From: Hyphochytrium catenoides
Taxonomy: Eukaryota; Protista; Hyphochytriomycota
DNA: 60,919 bases
Assembly: GCA_900088475.1 (NCBI GenBank)
Contig: FLMG01000427.1
Location: 1-60,919 of the forward strand
Direction: 5' to 3'
A program made the translations under genes and the position numbers. The notes under the pieces were generated by a model. That model ran no database searches and had not been told where the DNA came from. It saw only the letters and a list, made by a program, of their open reading frames with translations. Within the stretch, counting starts at the first letter, position 1, and every line of letters begins with the position of its first letter. Positions 1-11,300 of the stretch are shown here, piece after piece.

Positions 1-517
1 TCTCTGTCTCTCTCTCTCTCTCTCTCTCACTCTCTCTCTTTGGTATGTCTGGTCTCACTTTCTCTTCTCTCTTCTTCTCCCACTACTCTCTCTTTCTCTC
101 TTCCTCTCTCTCACCCTTCTCTCTCTTCTGCTCCCTGTCTCTCCCCTGTCTAATCTCATCTCTCCCTTGCTCTCTAGACACCTCTTCCTTTCTCTCCCTG
201 TCAATGAACCCCCATCATTGGCCCTCTTCTATCGTTCTCTATCTCTCAAAAGTCTAGCGCTGCATCTCTCTCTCTCTGCTGCTCTCTCTCTGTTTCTGTC
301 TGTTCATCGTCTGATTACTTACCCGCGTCTCTTCCACCATTTTCCTCCCCTTCTGAGGACATCTTCCCAGAAGACAGAGCATCATCATCGGCTGCTGCTC
401 TTTGTTTGTCGTCCGTCTCTCCAACTTCTCTTCTACTTGAGCGGCAGAGGCAACCTGGCGTCTCTCCCTTGGCAGGCTCTCTCTTTCTCTCTCTCTCTTG
501 CTCTCTCTCTGTCTCTC

Positions 518-554
<37 letters not shown>

Positions 555-780
555 GCGATTGCCCTCCTGCCGTCCTACACTTTCTCATTCATCAATCATT
601 CTTTGCCGTTTGTTGTTGGCTCTTGAAAGATCCCTGTTCTCTAGCTCTCTCTAGTTCCTTCTGCCTTCTCTCTTGCTATTCTACTCTCTTCTTTAGAGGA
701 GCAACGCAGCTTCGGATCTACTCTCCTATGCGACAGTAGCTCCCTAGTTGTCTCTCTCTTTCTCTCTCTCTTTCCCTTGC
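1..780. repeat. (CT)n microsatellite / polypyrimidine tract upstream of BT1 gene A
   Basis: Dense imperfect CT dinucleotide runs (e.g. 1-40, 480-555). ORFs here are Ser/Leu low-complexity artefacts. Confidence 0.9.
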
Positions 781-964
781 GCTCAGTCCGGGCGGCGGCA
801 CAAGCTATGAGAGAGACTTGACCAGAGAGAGCAGAGCCGCAAGACAGTTAGACCAAGAAGGATCTATAACCACTGTGGCTGCTTCTATCAAAGGGGAAAG
901 AAGAGAGAGAGGAGCAGAAGGACGACAAAAGAAAGGAAGAGAAAGGAAAACAACAGAAGGACAA

Positions 965-2926
965 ATGAGAATGGAAACGTTGCAGAGCAAAGAGAGAGAA
1001 GAGGCGGAAAGAATAGAGACACGAAGGAGTATAGAAGGAAGAGACGAGAAACCCGTCCGTGTCCCTTCCGCAGAGACAGATCAAACTCCTTCTGGACCTG
1101 AAGGGTTTGCCCTTGCAACTACTAGTGCGCCGCCTCCTTTTCCCATCGCTGCTGACAAGGGCGGCCTGGAAGACATTTCTCTCTCTCTTTCCCCTCGTTC
1201 TCCCTCTCCTCTCTCTCCTGTTCCGACTCTTGTCTCTTCCTCGAAAATCCTTTTTCCTCCGACGAGTGATCAGAGACAGCCCGGAAGAAGGCTTTTTTCC
1301 TCTTCTTCCCTTTCTCTTCGCAGTTGCCTCCCGACCTCCACGAGAGAATGGGTAGATGTGATGCGAGAAAACTTTTCTCTTTCTCTTCTCTCCCTCTCGT
1401 CTCTCGTCTACTTCTCTCAAGGCTTCAAGACCTTCTCCGACATGGGAGTCAACTTTCTTCTGAAGGATGAGATCGGCGTCTCTCCTACTCTTTCTCAGTA
1501 CATAAAGACAGGAGGAATGGTCCCTTGGCTGATGAAGCCAATCTATGGGATTCTTTCTGACTCTTGTCCCATAAGAGGAAGGCGGAGGACGCCATATCTC
1601 TTTCTCATGAGCCTTCTCTCCCTTCTCTCTCTTCTTCTTCTCTCTCTTTCCTCTGTGTCTTCTACTCCTCTCTCTGTCTTTCTTCTCCTGCTTCTCTCTA
1701 GTACAGGAGGGGCTTTCAACGATGTCGTTATAGACGCGAGAGTGGTAGAAAGCTCTAGAAATCTTTCTCTCTCTCTTTCTGGAAGTCTGCAGTCTCTCTG
1801 CTGGATGGCAATGGCTGTGGGAGGAATTTTTGGAGCTGCACTATCAGGGGTATCGGTGGACTCTCTGGGGAGTAGAGGTGTCCTTTTGCTTTCTTCTCTC
1901 TCTCCTCTATCGGTCGCTCTTCTCTCTCTCCGGGTGAGCGGGGAAGAAGAGAAGGTGGAGGCCAAGGAAGGGTTTCTCTCTCAGGCAAAGAGACAGCTTG
2001 GCGAGGTCGCTTCTGCCTTTCGGCATCCTCTCCTCTGGCGTCCTGCCCTCTGGATCTTTCTCTCTGACGCTGTCTCTCCTGTCTTCAACGACATTTTCTT
2101 TTTCTTCCAGACAGAAGAGCTGCATTTTTCGCCTCTGTTCCTCAGCGGAGTCAACGTTATTGGCTACGTCTCTCTTCTTCTTGGCACCGTTCTCTTTAAT
2201 GCTTATCTCAAACATCTTCCGCCCCGGCACGTTCTCTTCTGCGCACAGTCTCTTTCCGCTGTTCTCTCTCTGTCCGACCTGTTGCTTGTCACAAGGCTGA
2301 ATGTTAGTCTTGGTATCCCAGATAAAGTCTTTGTCTTTGGGGGAGAAGTTCTCTCCGACGTGGTAGGAAGAGTTAAGACGATGCCACTCCTTCTACTTTG
2401 TGGACGCCTCTGTCCTGAGGGAATAGAGGGAACAACTTTCTCTCTCTTGATGTCTCTCTGGTTTCTGGGCTCATCTCTCTCTTCTCTTTGGGGAGCTCTT
2501 CTGTGTCATTCACTGGGCGTCTCTCGAGCAGACTTTGAGCTCCTATGGGTGGCTGTTATAGTGAGAACAGTGGGAAGACTTCTCCCTCTCTTTCTCCTCG
2601 TTCTGCTCCCAAATGGGGACCCTCAGGCAGCTGTGAACGGTATAGCTGCGGCAGGAGAGGACAAAGAAGGAGACATAATTAGGGGGTCGAAGGGTCTCTC
2701 AACAGGTGCTTTCAAACATAAGGACAAGAGGGAGAAAGAGAGAGATGCCAGCGCTTTTTCGACCCCTCACGATAAGCAACGGCTCCTTCCCTACACTTCT
2801 CCTCTCTCTACGACAGCCCCTCTCGTGCTTGCTGCCCCATCTCTTCGCTTCAACGCAACGAGTAGTGAGTCTCTCGCTCCTCCTCGGCCGCCCGTTGCCA
2901 ATAATAGCATCGGGAAGACAGCGTGA
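965..2926 (+). CDS. BT1-family folate/biopterin transporter (MFS), intronless copy A
   Basis: Open frame 818-2926, first ATG at 965. BT1 motifs VYFSQG, PWLMKPIYGILSD..PIRG.RR.PY, F.DVVIDA.VVE, GSLQSLCW, LLVTRLNVSLGIPDKVF, LCPEGIEGT.FSLLM; many hydrophobic helices. True start uncertain. Confidence 0.92.
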   Translation: MRMETLQSKEREEAERIETRRSIEGRDEKPVRVPSAETDQTPSGPEGFALATTSAPPPFPIAADKGGLEDISLSLSPRSPSPLSPVPTLVSSSKILFPPTSDQRQPGRRLFSSSSLSLRSCLPTSTREWVDVMRENFSLSLLSLSSLVYFSQGFKTFSDMGVNFLLKDEIGVSPTLSQYIKTGGMVPWLMKPIYGILSDSCPIRGRRRTPYLFLMSLLSLLSLLLLSLSSVSSTPLSVFLLLLLSSTGGAFNDVVIDARVVESSRNLSLSLSGSLQSLCWMAMAVGGIFGAALSGVSVDSLGSRGVLLLSSLSPLSVALLSLRVSGEEEKVEAKEGFLSQAKRQLGEVASAFRHPLLWRPALWIFLSDAVSPVFNDIFFFFQTEELHFSPLFLSGVNVIGYVSLLLGTVLFNAYLKHLPPRHVLFCAQSLSAVLSLSDLLLVTRLNVSLGIPDKVFVFGGEVLSDVVGRVKTMPLLLLCGRLCPEGIEGTTFSLLMSLWFLGSSLSSLWGALLCHSLGVSRADFELLWVAVIVRTVGRLLPLFLLVLLPNGDPQAAVNGIAAAGEDKEGDIIRGSKGLSTGAFKHKDKREKERDASAFSTPHDKQRLLPYTSPLSTTAPLVLAAPSLRFNATSSESLAPPRPPVANNSIGKTA

Positions 2927-3125
2927 AACGCGAAACAAGTTAGACCTTGGCGAGAAAGGATGACCTTTAGCCGAGAGCACAGGCTCTTTCAATAACAAGG
3001 AAATAGACAGATGTCATGTGCAGAGAGAGGACAGACGTTCCCTGTCTCAGTTGTCTAAAACTACGTTCCCATTGTCTGCATCAGTGTATTCTATAGATAA
3101 ACAGATAACATAGATTCTATCATCA

Positions 3126-5465
3126 TCACAACCAGGTGCCTCTCTGCTCTCTTCTCTCTTCGCTAGGGCTATCCTGCATAGCGTCTTCGTCTGCATCGAC
3201 AGTCACTGCGGAGGACTCTCGTTCTCTCTTGTCTCCTTTATCTTTCTTTACTTCCATGGAAGAAGGCTCAGAGGGAGAGAGAGAGATATCCACCATCCAT
3301 TGTGAGAGCTCCATATAACTCTTCGGGTCGTTGTCAGGGAGGAGGCGAATAAAAGCTACGGGAATGAGCAGAGCGAGGGAGCGGATCAGGACAGCGAGCC
3401 AGAGTAGGTCATAATTGCTCTTAGAGATGCCCAAGATTGAGCAGAGGAGAATGCCGGAGAAGCCAGAGATGGCCCAGGAGAGATTGTGTAGAGCCATCAA
3501 AAGCGCGAACATCGTCCCCTCGATCCCTTGAGGGCAGAGACGCGCACAGAGAACTAGGAGGGGCATCGTCTTTAGTCGACCAACGACATCCGCAAGTATC
3601 TCTCCACCAAAGACAAAGACCTAAAAATAAAGAAAGAGAGAGAAGAGAGAGAATGGAGCCGAGGACAACCAGAAACTTCTGTCAGCTGGCTGGTGGGTGC
3701 AAGATTCCCTCTTCTACCTGTCATCTCCCCATTTCCTCTTCCTACTTTTCGCACTGACTGCGGGCCACTTGTAGGCTAACGAGATCTGCTCGTCCTTGTC
3801 TTATATTTCTGTGGGTCTCCTCTTCATCGGTTTTCTCTCTCCTCTCTCCTTCCAGTCCTCCCTCCTTCCCATCTCTTTCTGCTTACCTTATCCGGTATGC
3901 CAATCACCAGGTTTGTCCTGGTACAAAGTAGTATATCAAGCGCACAGGTCACGGCCTTCCCGATCTGGACCCAGCACAAAATCGATCGGAAGGGTATCCG
4001 TTTGCAATAAGCGTTATACAAGGCAGTTCCTAGCATCAGCGTCGCATAGCTCACCACGGAGATGAACCCTAAGAACTCAGAGGAGAATCCGAGCTGCTCT
4101 GTCTGGAAGTAGAAGTATACCTCGGAGAAGAGAGGAGCCAGAGCGATAGAGAGAAAGATCCAGGACACTGGCCTCCATACAGCTTCTTTCTTCATAGTCT
4201 TATAGAGAAGAGTGATCTGCTCCCTGGAGTTGTGAGAGAAAGAGCCTCTGCCAATAAACCTCTCTTCCCTCATCTGAAAAGAGACAAGGAGCACCGCTAA
4301 AGGGCCCAGTGAAGACATAAGGATCACCTGCCGAGGGCCATACGCCTGAGTAGGCGTTCAAGAACGAGTGAGAAGAGATTGGCAATGGGTTAGGCGCAAG
4401 GACATATAGTGACAGGGCGATGGAGGCAAAGGGAAGGAAGTTATTTGTAGGATTAGAGAGGGAATGAATGTATGTCAATTCTTACGAAGGAGACGAAGGC
4501 GAGAAGGAGAGGACCGCCTAGAGCAGGATTTGGAAAGAAACCGTGATAAAAGTTAAAGACATGGAAGGGAGAGAAGTTGGTCCAAAAGGTAAGAGGAGAG
4601 AAAGAGAAAAGGGGCGAGGAGCTGCGCTTCTCACGGTGATGGCTGGTCCAGCAGCTGCCGAGCCCATGATCCCTCCCAAAGACATCATAAACCAGGAGAG
4701 AGACTGAAGGTCTCCCGAGGCTTCCACGTCTTCATTTCTTGCTTCCTCTACCACCTTTGCATCCACGACCACGTCACTAAACGCCGTCCCTAGGTTAGAG
4801 AGAGCGAGGAGGGCGATCACATGGAGAGAGGACGTGCTTTTTGGATCAAGGGAAGAGAGAAAGAGGAGAGACAGACCTCCAATGGCACTCATAAGAATAA
4901 GGTAAGGCTTTCTTCTCTTCCCTCTGATAGGGACTCCGTCCGAGATGAGCCCATAGAGAGGCTTCAGAACCCAGGGGAAGGCAGCCGTGGTAAGGACAGA
5001 CTGAGAAAGAGAGGGATCGAGCCCCATCTCATCCTTTAGCACATACTTTACAGCTAGAGCGTTGAAGCTCTTGAAGCCCTGGGACCAGTACACGATGCTC
5101 ACCACCAAGACCAGCTGTAAGCCATAGACTCGTATCAGCTTTCGGCACCAGACTATGAGAGCAACACGAGATAAGAAGGAGAGAGATGGAGCAGGTGGAT
5201 TGGATGCCGACGAGGAGACAGGGGTCGACAGAGAGAAAGAGGAGTCTTCGGAAAGGCGGTGGTTGGACGCGCCTTTGCTCTCCAAGAGTGTCTGAGAATC
5301 CCCGCTACCTCTGCTATCGCTAGGATCGTCTGCAAAAGAGGATGAGGAGAAGATGCGTGGGCTGCCCGTACTATCCAGCATCGGAAAGCCTTCCCCTTCT
5401 CTTGGAGAGTGCTGCGGCCTCCGTCGTCTGCCAAGAGAGCTTCCCGTGGGAGAGCCAGCCTGCAT
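3126..5465 (-). CDS. BT1-family folate/biopterin transporter, copy B (3 exons: 5465-4635, 4345-3887, 3620-3126)
   Basis: Same motifs (VYWSQG, PWVLKPLYGLISD, FSDVVVDA, GDLQSLSW, IPDK|VFVFGGE, LCPQGIEGT). GT-AG introns 4346-4634 and 3621-3886 join the three ORF pieces in frame. Confidence 0.92.
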
Positions 5466-5849
5466 TATTTGCTTCCAACCGAGCTCTAACCCTTCCCTAC
5501 GGCTCTTCTGACGAGCCTCCCGCTTCCTTTGGCTCAGGAAGCAACCACGTTGGACTCTCGCAGAGGAAAACGAGCGCAGAGAATGGCACCGTTCGGAGTA
5601 CAGTAGGTGTAAGCATGGGAGGAGGAGAAGATAGACAGAAGAAGATAAAGGAGCTGCTGTCTGGAAAGCAGTTTGTCTCCCTGCCTGCTGCCTTGGCTAT
5701 GGGGTCTCTTTATAGACTTCCTGTCTGTCACTGGGCTGACCTGGGCCAAACTTTGCCGGTGCCTTGGCTACTTCCTGTGTGCGAGTTGCTCTGCTGCTCG
5801 CCTCATAGTCCAAGAAGCAAGGATTGCACAAGAGTTCTGTACTCTCTTG

Positions 5850-6240
5850 ATCTCCCTCCCCTCTCTTCCACTCTCTCTCTCTCTCTCTCNNNNNNNNNNN
5901 NNNNNNNNNNNNNNNNNNNNNNNNNNNNNNNNCTGTCTCTCTCTCTCTCTGTCTCTCTCTCTGTCTCTCTCTCTCTCTCTCTCATATTCTCTCTCTGTAC
6001 TCTCTCTGTACTCCTGTCCCTTTCGCTATGTATATCTCCCTCTGTATACTCTCTCTCTCTCTGCACTCTCTCTCTCTCTCTCTTTGCACTCTCTCTCTCT
6101 CTCTCTGGATACTCTCTCTCTTCTTTCTTCCTCTTTCTCTGTTCATTTCTTCTGTATTCTCGCTCTCTCGCTCCCTCTGTCTTCCTCTTTATCGCCCTCT
6201 GGCTATTTCCCTTCTTTCTCTTTTATTCTACTCTAGAATC
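5850..6240. repeat. (CT)n microsatellite containing assembly gap 5890-5932
   Basis: CT runs flank an N-run directly in the sequence. Confidence 0.9.
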
Positions 6241-6349
6241 CGCATGACAGTCTCTGTTATAAGGATTATAATTATGCATATTGTCCTGAATAAATATGAC
6301 AGCGCCGCTAACGCTCAGTCTTATCTAAATTCGGTCTCTAGTTAAGGTA

Positions 6350-6860
6350 GTTGAGTTTCTCGCGCTACCGCCGGGCTGCTTTCTCTTCGTCCTCCGTGTT
6401 GTCTCTGGTGCTGCTGCTGCTGCTGGTGCTCTTTCTTCTTCGTCATCCGCTGCTGCGCCTCTTTGCTGCTTCCTGCTGCTGCTTCTTCTCTGTCTTCTCC
6501 TCTTCTTTGTCCTACTCACTTGCTTCCTCCTACCTACTGCTGCTGATTGATGCTTTGGCTTCTTCTCTTCTTCTTCTTCTCACCCTCCTCCTCCTCCTCC
6601 TTTTCTCCTTTTCTTCTCCGACCTTCTCCTTCTTTTTTATGCGTCTCCTCCTCCTCTTCTTCGTTGTCTCGTTCTTCCTTCAATCTTGGAAGTTCTGTTC
6701 TCTTCCTTCTTCTCTCTTTCTTCGTTTTCTTCCTCCTTCTCTTCAAACTTTTTTCACATTTTTGCCGTTTCTCTTCTTCTCTCTTCTTCTTCCCCTCCAC
6801 CTCATCTTTCCGTCTCTTCTACCTCCTCTATCATCCTCTTCTCTTCCTCTCTCGTTCAGA
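6350..6860. repeat. Low-complexity CTT/CCT/CTG trinucleotide-rich tract
   Basis: Runs of ctt, cct and ctg give poly-Leu/Ser or poly-Glu/Lys/Arg ORFs with no domain signature. Confidence 0.7.
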
Positions 6861-7805
6861 TTAAGCAAAGAACGAAAGAGGGAAAGGGAAAGTATAGATG
6901 GCGGCGAAGCGCTCAGTAAGACAGAGAAAGAAACAAGCCACAAGAGTATGATATGTAGACACGCAGTCAAGGATGATGAAGCGGATGACCATCACTCACA
7001 TACTTCATGATACTGTCTCTCTTTCTTTTATCGCTCTCATACATCATGATACTGTCGGTCTCTTTTTTACGATTGGCGCCATTGGGGTCAGGAGCAGCGG
7101 CAGAAGATGCAGCTAACGCTGCTCCTCCTCCCAGTACTACTTATAAGCAACCAATGACAGCGCAGCGGAGTCGCAAAGCATAGCGGCCTCATCCGCATCT
7201 ATTGGCGTCCAAGGGCAGATGTAGCTGACCCCACGCAAGTTAGGAAGTGAGGCCAGATCCTTCCTTCACTGCTTCTAAAACAAACACATCATCCTGCACA
7301 TCTTCCAACTTCTTAGTGCAGCGACAGATCGTAGAGATAATAGTAGAAGAGAAGAAGCAGAGTTGGCATTCTACAGCCAGCTTGGATTCCTTTCAATGCC
7401 TTATACTCTTCTGTCAGAACGGAAGCCTGCAGAGCAAGGAGCTCATAACTTTCCTGGCCACTCAGAAGACTCTTATCCTTTATGTGGGGCATACATCATC
7501 CAAATGCTCGTCGAACTATCAACCTCCTCCTGCACTTCCCTCGCTCTCTGCCGTCCCCTGCACATGATCTACCAGAGCACAACTTTCCTCGCTGGGAAGA
7601 AGTCAAGGAAAGACAGCATGCGGAGGATAACCCTTTAGCTTCTTGTTCCTCCTGGAGCCTTCCTAGTCAATGATGATGAGGAAAAGAAAGGACTGGCAAA
7701 CAACTTGTGTCTTCAGCGTAATAATTATGGTGGAAGAACAGTGCCGCGGACCTCGGCAGCCGGCTGGGTAAATATGTCATGCTCGTCCTGACAAGTTGCT
7801 TAGTA

Positions 7806-9581
7806 TTATCGCTGGCTGCAGGTCACAGATCTGCCGCTCTGTTGAGTGGCACAGAGGTTATCATACTCCACGCTCCCTTGCAAGACAATAAGCTCTTCTT
7901 CCGGACGGCAGCCTAGCTTCCATAACAGTCTGCAGCTGACTACGACGACTGTCAGAAGGCGGCTAAAGGCGAACGTAAAGACTTGAACAGTCATCGGTGC
8001 TCCGTAGAAGACTTGGCCCTGCCAAATGAGCCGGTCCTGAAATTTCCCTGCCTCAGAGGTCAGTAGAAGAGTGGTAGTCCACAACTGGCCTATAATCAGC
8101 AAGGCTAGCATGAGCGCTAGATGCCTTTTGCTTAAGCCTAGTTGTTCTCTATGTATTGGTAGAAGAGCATCCGAACTGACGATGAAAAGGAACCAGAGTC
8201 AATGCGTGAAGATTGCAAGCGACCGGCCTTCCCAAGTCATCATGTCACAAAGTGAGACAGCCGCTGACGTGGATTGTAGAAGAGCAAAGCCAAAGTCAAA
8301 AGAGATTGCCAACCGCCTGATGACCGCCTTGTTGAGCAGAAGGACCAGAAAGGTCAGGGGTCCCAGGGAAAAAATCAGCGTAGCTGCTATGAGCAGCTCC
8401 AGTAAGGAAGTGCCTTCTAAAGACGGCGCTGCACTGAAGAGAAGAAGTGGTAGAGATCCAGACAAAAGAATGAGGAAAGCTGTGATCACCGGGCGCCTAG
8501 AGACCCTGCGTTTTTTAATAGATAGACTGGTAACAGAAGACCCTGGTGAGGAAGCTCTCCTCTTGCTGCCATGCCGCCAACTTAGTGTCAGCTCTGCAAC
8601 CGAACTCACGAGGATAGTATCCCTGCTGTCGAAGGTTTGCTGAGATTGATCACAGAGACGGAACTGCGCGCGCCAGCAGGAAGTCGTCAACTCTGTCCTC
8701 TGTCGTCTTTGTTCTTCGTGAGCAGCGCGAGCAGCTACCCACATAGTAGTTCCCTTCTTCTTTGTCTCTTTATCCATCTCTTCTGCCTCCGGCTGTTTAG
8801 CGATGAAGGCCATGGGACTACGATAGATCGCGCACTGGACCAGTTCCTCGTCATAGTAAGGGCCTACAGCAGGCCTTCGGTGAACTGCCCAGCCTTTTAT
8901 GACGCTCTTCAGTAGAAAGAACGCCATAGTAAGCGTCAGATTGGCAATCAGATCAACGAGCGAGAAGGTCCTGCCCCTAATATCAATGACAGTGTCAGTC
9001 ATCTCTGGCACTAAGTGAAAGCTGAAAGCTGCGAGGACTGGAGGCGCCACCACCATCGCCATCATGATCGTGTTCCTGGTGATCTTTCTAAGGAAGACAC
9101 AGGCATCCAGGACGACTACGCCAATGCCGCTCATAGCAATGGCAAGGTGTGTCACACCCCGTAGATCTGCCACTATGAAGGCTGTAAGCAAACCGTAAGA
9201 GAGAGAGAGAAATGTGAAGAACCAGAAGTCAAAGCACGAGGCTAGCAGCTTCATGACACCATGGCGGGTACAAGCTATGAGGTCTAGGTTGGTCGGTAGC
9301 AGTAAAAAGAAGCAAGCAGCCGCAACTAGAGCCCCTGCTGTTGGCGGTAGATAGTAGCAGATTGCGGTAAGGAGTAACCCTAGTCGGAACGCCTTAACAA
9401 AGCTCGGATGAAACTTAGAGGTGAAGAGCTCCACACGCTGGTCCCACTCTCGATTGCCCATAAAAGCTGCCAGAGTTGTATAAGAAACATCCACAGCAGG
9501 CAGGGGTGCGGACGGGGCCAGCACATAACAGGAGAATGGAACAGAAGCCGTTGTCTGCGGGACAATCTTACTGCCCGCCAT
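7806..9581 (-). CDS. Intronless multi-pass membrane protein with a two-fold internal repeat, interrupted by one in-frame TGA at 8201-8199 (possible pseudogene, readthrough or mini-intron)
   Basis: ORFs 8199-9653 and 7806-8111 are in the same frame, separated only by TGA: ...SLAIFTH*LWFLFIVSSDALLP...FSRLLTVVVVSCRLLWKL...ELIVLQGSVEY. First ATG at 9581 (MAGSKIVPQ). From memory, it resembles an uncharacterised transmembrane family seen in oomycetes (FDFWF motif); not verified. Confidence 0.75.
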
Positions 9582-10499
9582 CGTTGTTCTCGTAAAGGTT
9601 GCTGGCACTAGTCCTTTTACCTTCAAGAAGATGGCCGTCCTAGCTGCTTGCAATGGGAACGGCGACAGAAGAAGAAGGGACGCGTACGGCGTCGTTAACT
9701 TCGTCTTACACTTGGGACGGGGCAGGGGAAGAGAGAAGTAAGGGCCTGTTCTTCATCATCATGCGGCGGCAAAGAAGAGAGAGGGGTCGGGGGATGAGAA
9801 AGAAGAACAGATGGTTGTGATCTGTTCCTCTCGTTCAATGCTTCGTTCATAACGCTCCGAATCAGTTGGCGGCAGGTCGCTGCCCACTTTCTCTCCAACT
9901 AGCTTGTCCGTCCTTGGCAATTAACGGGAGGACGACCGCAGAATATGCTTCTTTCTTTGGTGGTCCAAGAGCGGTTGCTTAGAACAGAGAGAGAGCCGTG
10001 ACTTGCGACACCACCAGGAGAAAGAGAGAGGCAGTGAAGCCGATACAATGGGACAAAGATGACGAAGAGGAGAATCCTTTCTTCTTCACCTCGCTTTGTG
10101 CCGCTATTGTTATTGTTGTCGTCCTTCTACCTCCCCGCTCGATTTCTCATTTCTGCCTCTGACCGCAGGTAAATCCCTTCCTGCCCTCATCGTCTCTCGC
10201 TCTCACTCTTCTTCTATCCATTTCTGTTCTTCTCTCTCTCTTTCTCTCTTTCCTGTCCCTCTCTTTCTTTCTTGCAAGCAAATCCCCGCAAAGGTTGTTG
10301 AGGCTAGCTACTGCTGCACAGAGTGATGACCGCAGTGGGGTCGGAGCGAGGGAAGAAGAGAGCCACAAACAGCGCCGAGGTGTGCAGTTCCTTTAGCCGC
10401 CGAGCAACGTTATTTTTGGAGGTCGTGTGCCCTCCTCTTCCTCTACATCCTCAGTCGCAGTGTCTGTCAGGCCTTCTCACACTATTTCATTAAAGTCAG

Positions 10500-11300
10500 A
10501 CACTTTTCGCCGTGTCATCCTCTCATCTCTATCTCTCTAAAGCTCCTTCTCTCTCCTCCCTCTGCGTCTCACCTTGTCCCTCTCTCCTCGTCGTCCTCTC
10601 AATATTATCCTTCCCTCGCCTCCCGATCATCACCTTTCCCCTCTTACTTCTCCCCTCCTCCTCCTCTCCCTCAGATCTCTCTCTCTCTCTTTCTCTCTCC
10701 CTTCTCTTCTCTTCTCGTCCTCTCCTTGATATCTCTCCTCCTCCTTTCCATCTTCTCTCATTCTTCTCAGCATATCCCCGCTATAAAACCCTCAAGAAAC
10801 CTTCCTCCCTCCTCTGTCCCAAGAAAGAAGAAGAATAGAAACGGGAGAAGAAGAATGTGTAACGGATGGCACTCAAGATGCCCCCCTGCCCCCCCCCCTT
10901 GTCTCTCTCTCTCTCTCTCTTTCTCTCCTTTTTTTTTCTCTCTCTCTTTCTCTCTCGCTCTGTCTCTCAATTCCCATATCTTTCTCTCTCTGTCTGACAC
11001 TTTCTATATCTCTATCTCTGTATGTAATATTTATGTCTCCTTTTCTCTCCTTTTATTACCTCTTCTGTACTGTCGCTACCCCGTTCTCGCCTCTCTCTCT
11101 CTCACTCCCTTTTTTCTCTCCCTTCTCTCTCTTCTCTCTGTCACCCTGTCTTCCTCCCTCTATCGTTCATCCATTTCTTTTCCCCAAAGGAACTTCTCCT
11201 CCTCTTCTTACCCTTTGTTGCCTCTCTCCGTCTGCCTGTAGACTATGTTCGCGTCTCTTTCTTCTTTTTTGTCTCTTCCTGTTGCTTGGCCTCCTCCTCC
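10500..11300. repeat. Long CT-rich / polypyrimidine tract
   Basis: Imperfect (CT)n and poly-C/poly-T runs seen directly. Confidence 0.85.

Noticed and set aside
45-739. Ser/Leu-rich ORFs (also 5342-7010, 10512-11407, 22019-22814, 26794-27361)
   Set aside because: Translations of CT/GA microsatellites, which lack stops by composition.
6999-7056. 19-bp near-perfect direct repeat catac(t/a)tcatgatactgtc (6999-7017, 7038-7056)
   Set aside because: Only two copies; a local duplication, not a CRISPR array or recognisable element end.
8199-8201. Genome-wide UGA=Trp reassignment
   Set aside because: TGA terminates both BT1 genes, NmrA, IMPACT and Trx-PUB at expected positions. Conserved Trp residues use TGG, and only one in-frame TGA was found.
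7600-8201. Selenocysteine at the in-frame TGA
   Set aside because: The position is in a hydrophobic helix with no redox motif. The one ATGA just downstream of the stop lacks a properly spaced AA loop by eye (SECISearch not run).
8071-8643. 190-aa plus-strand ORF
   Set aside because: Antisense shadow of the membrane-protein gene; likewise 848-1420, 41160-41546, 44036-44311 and 45949-46392.
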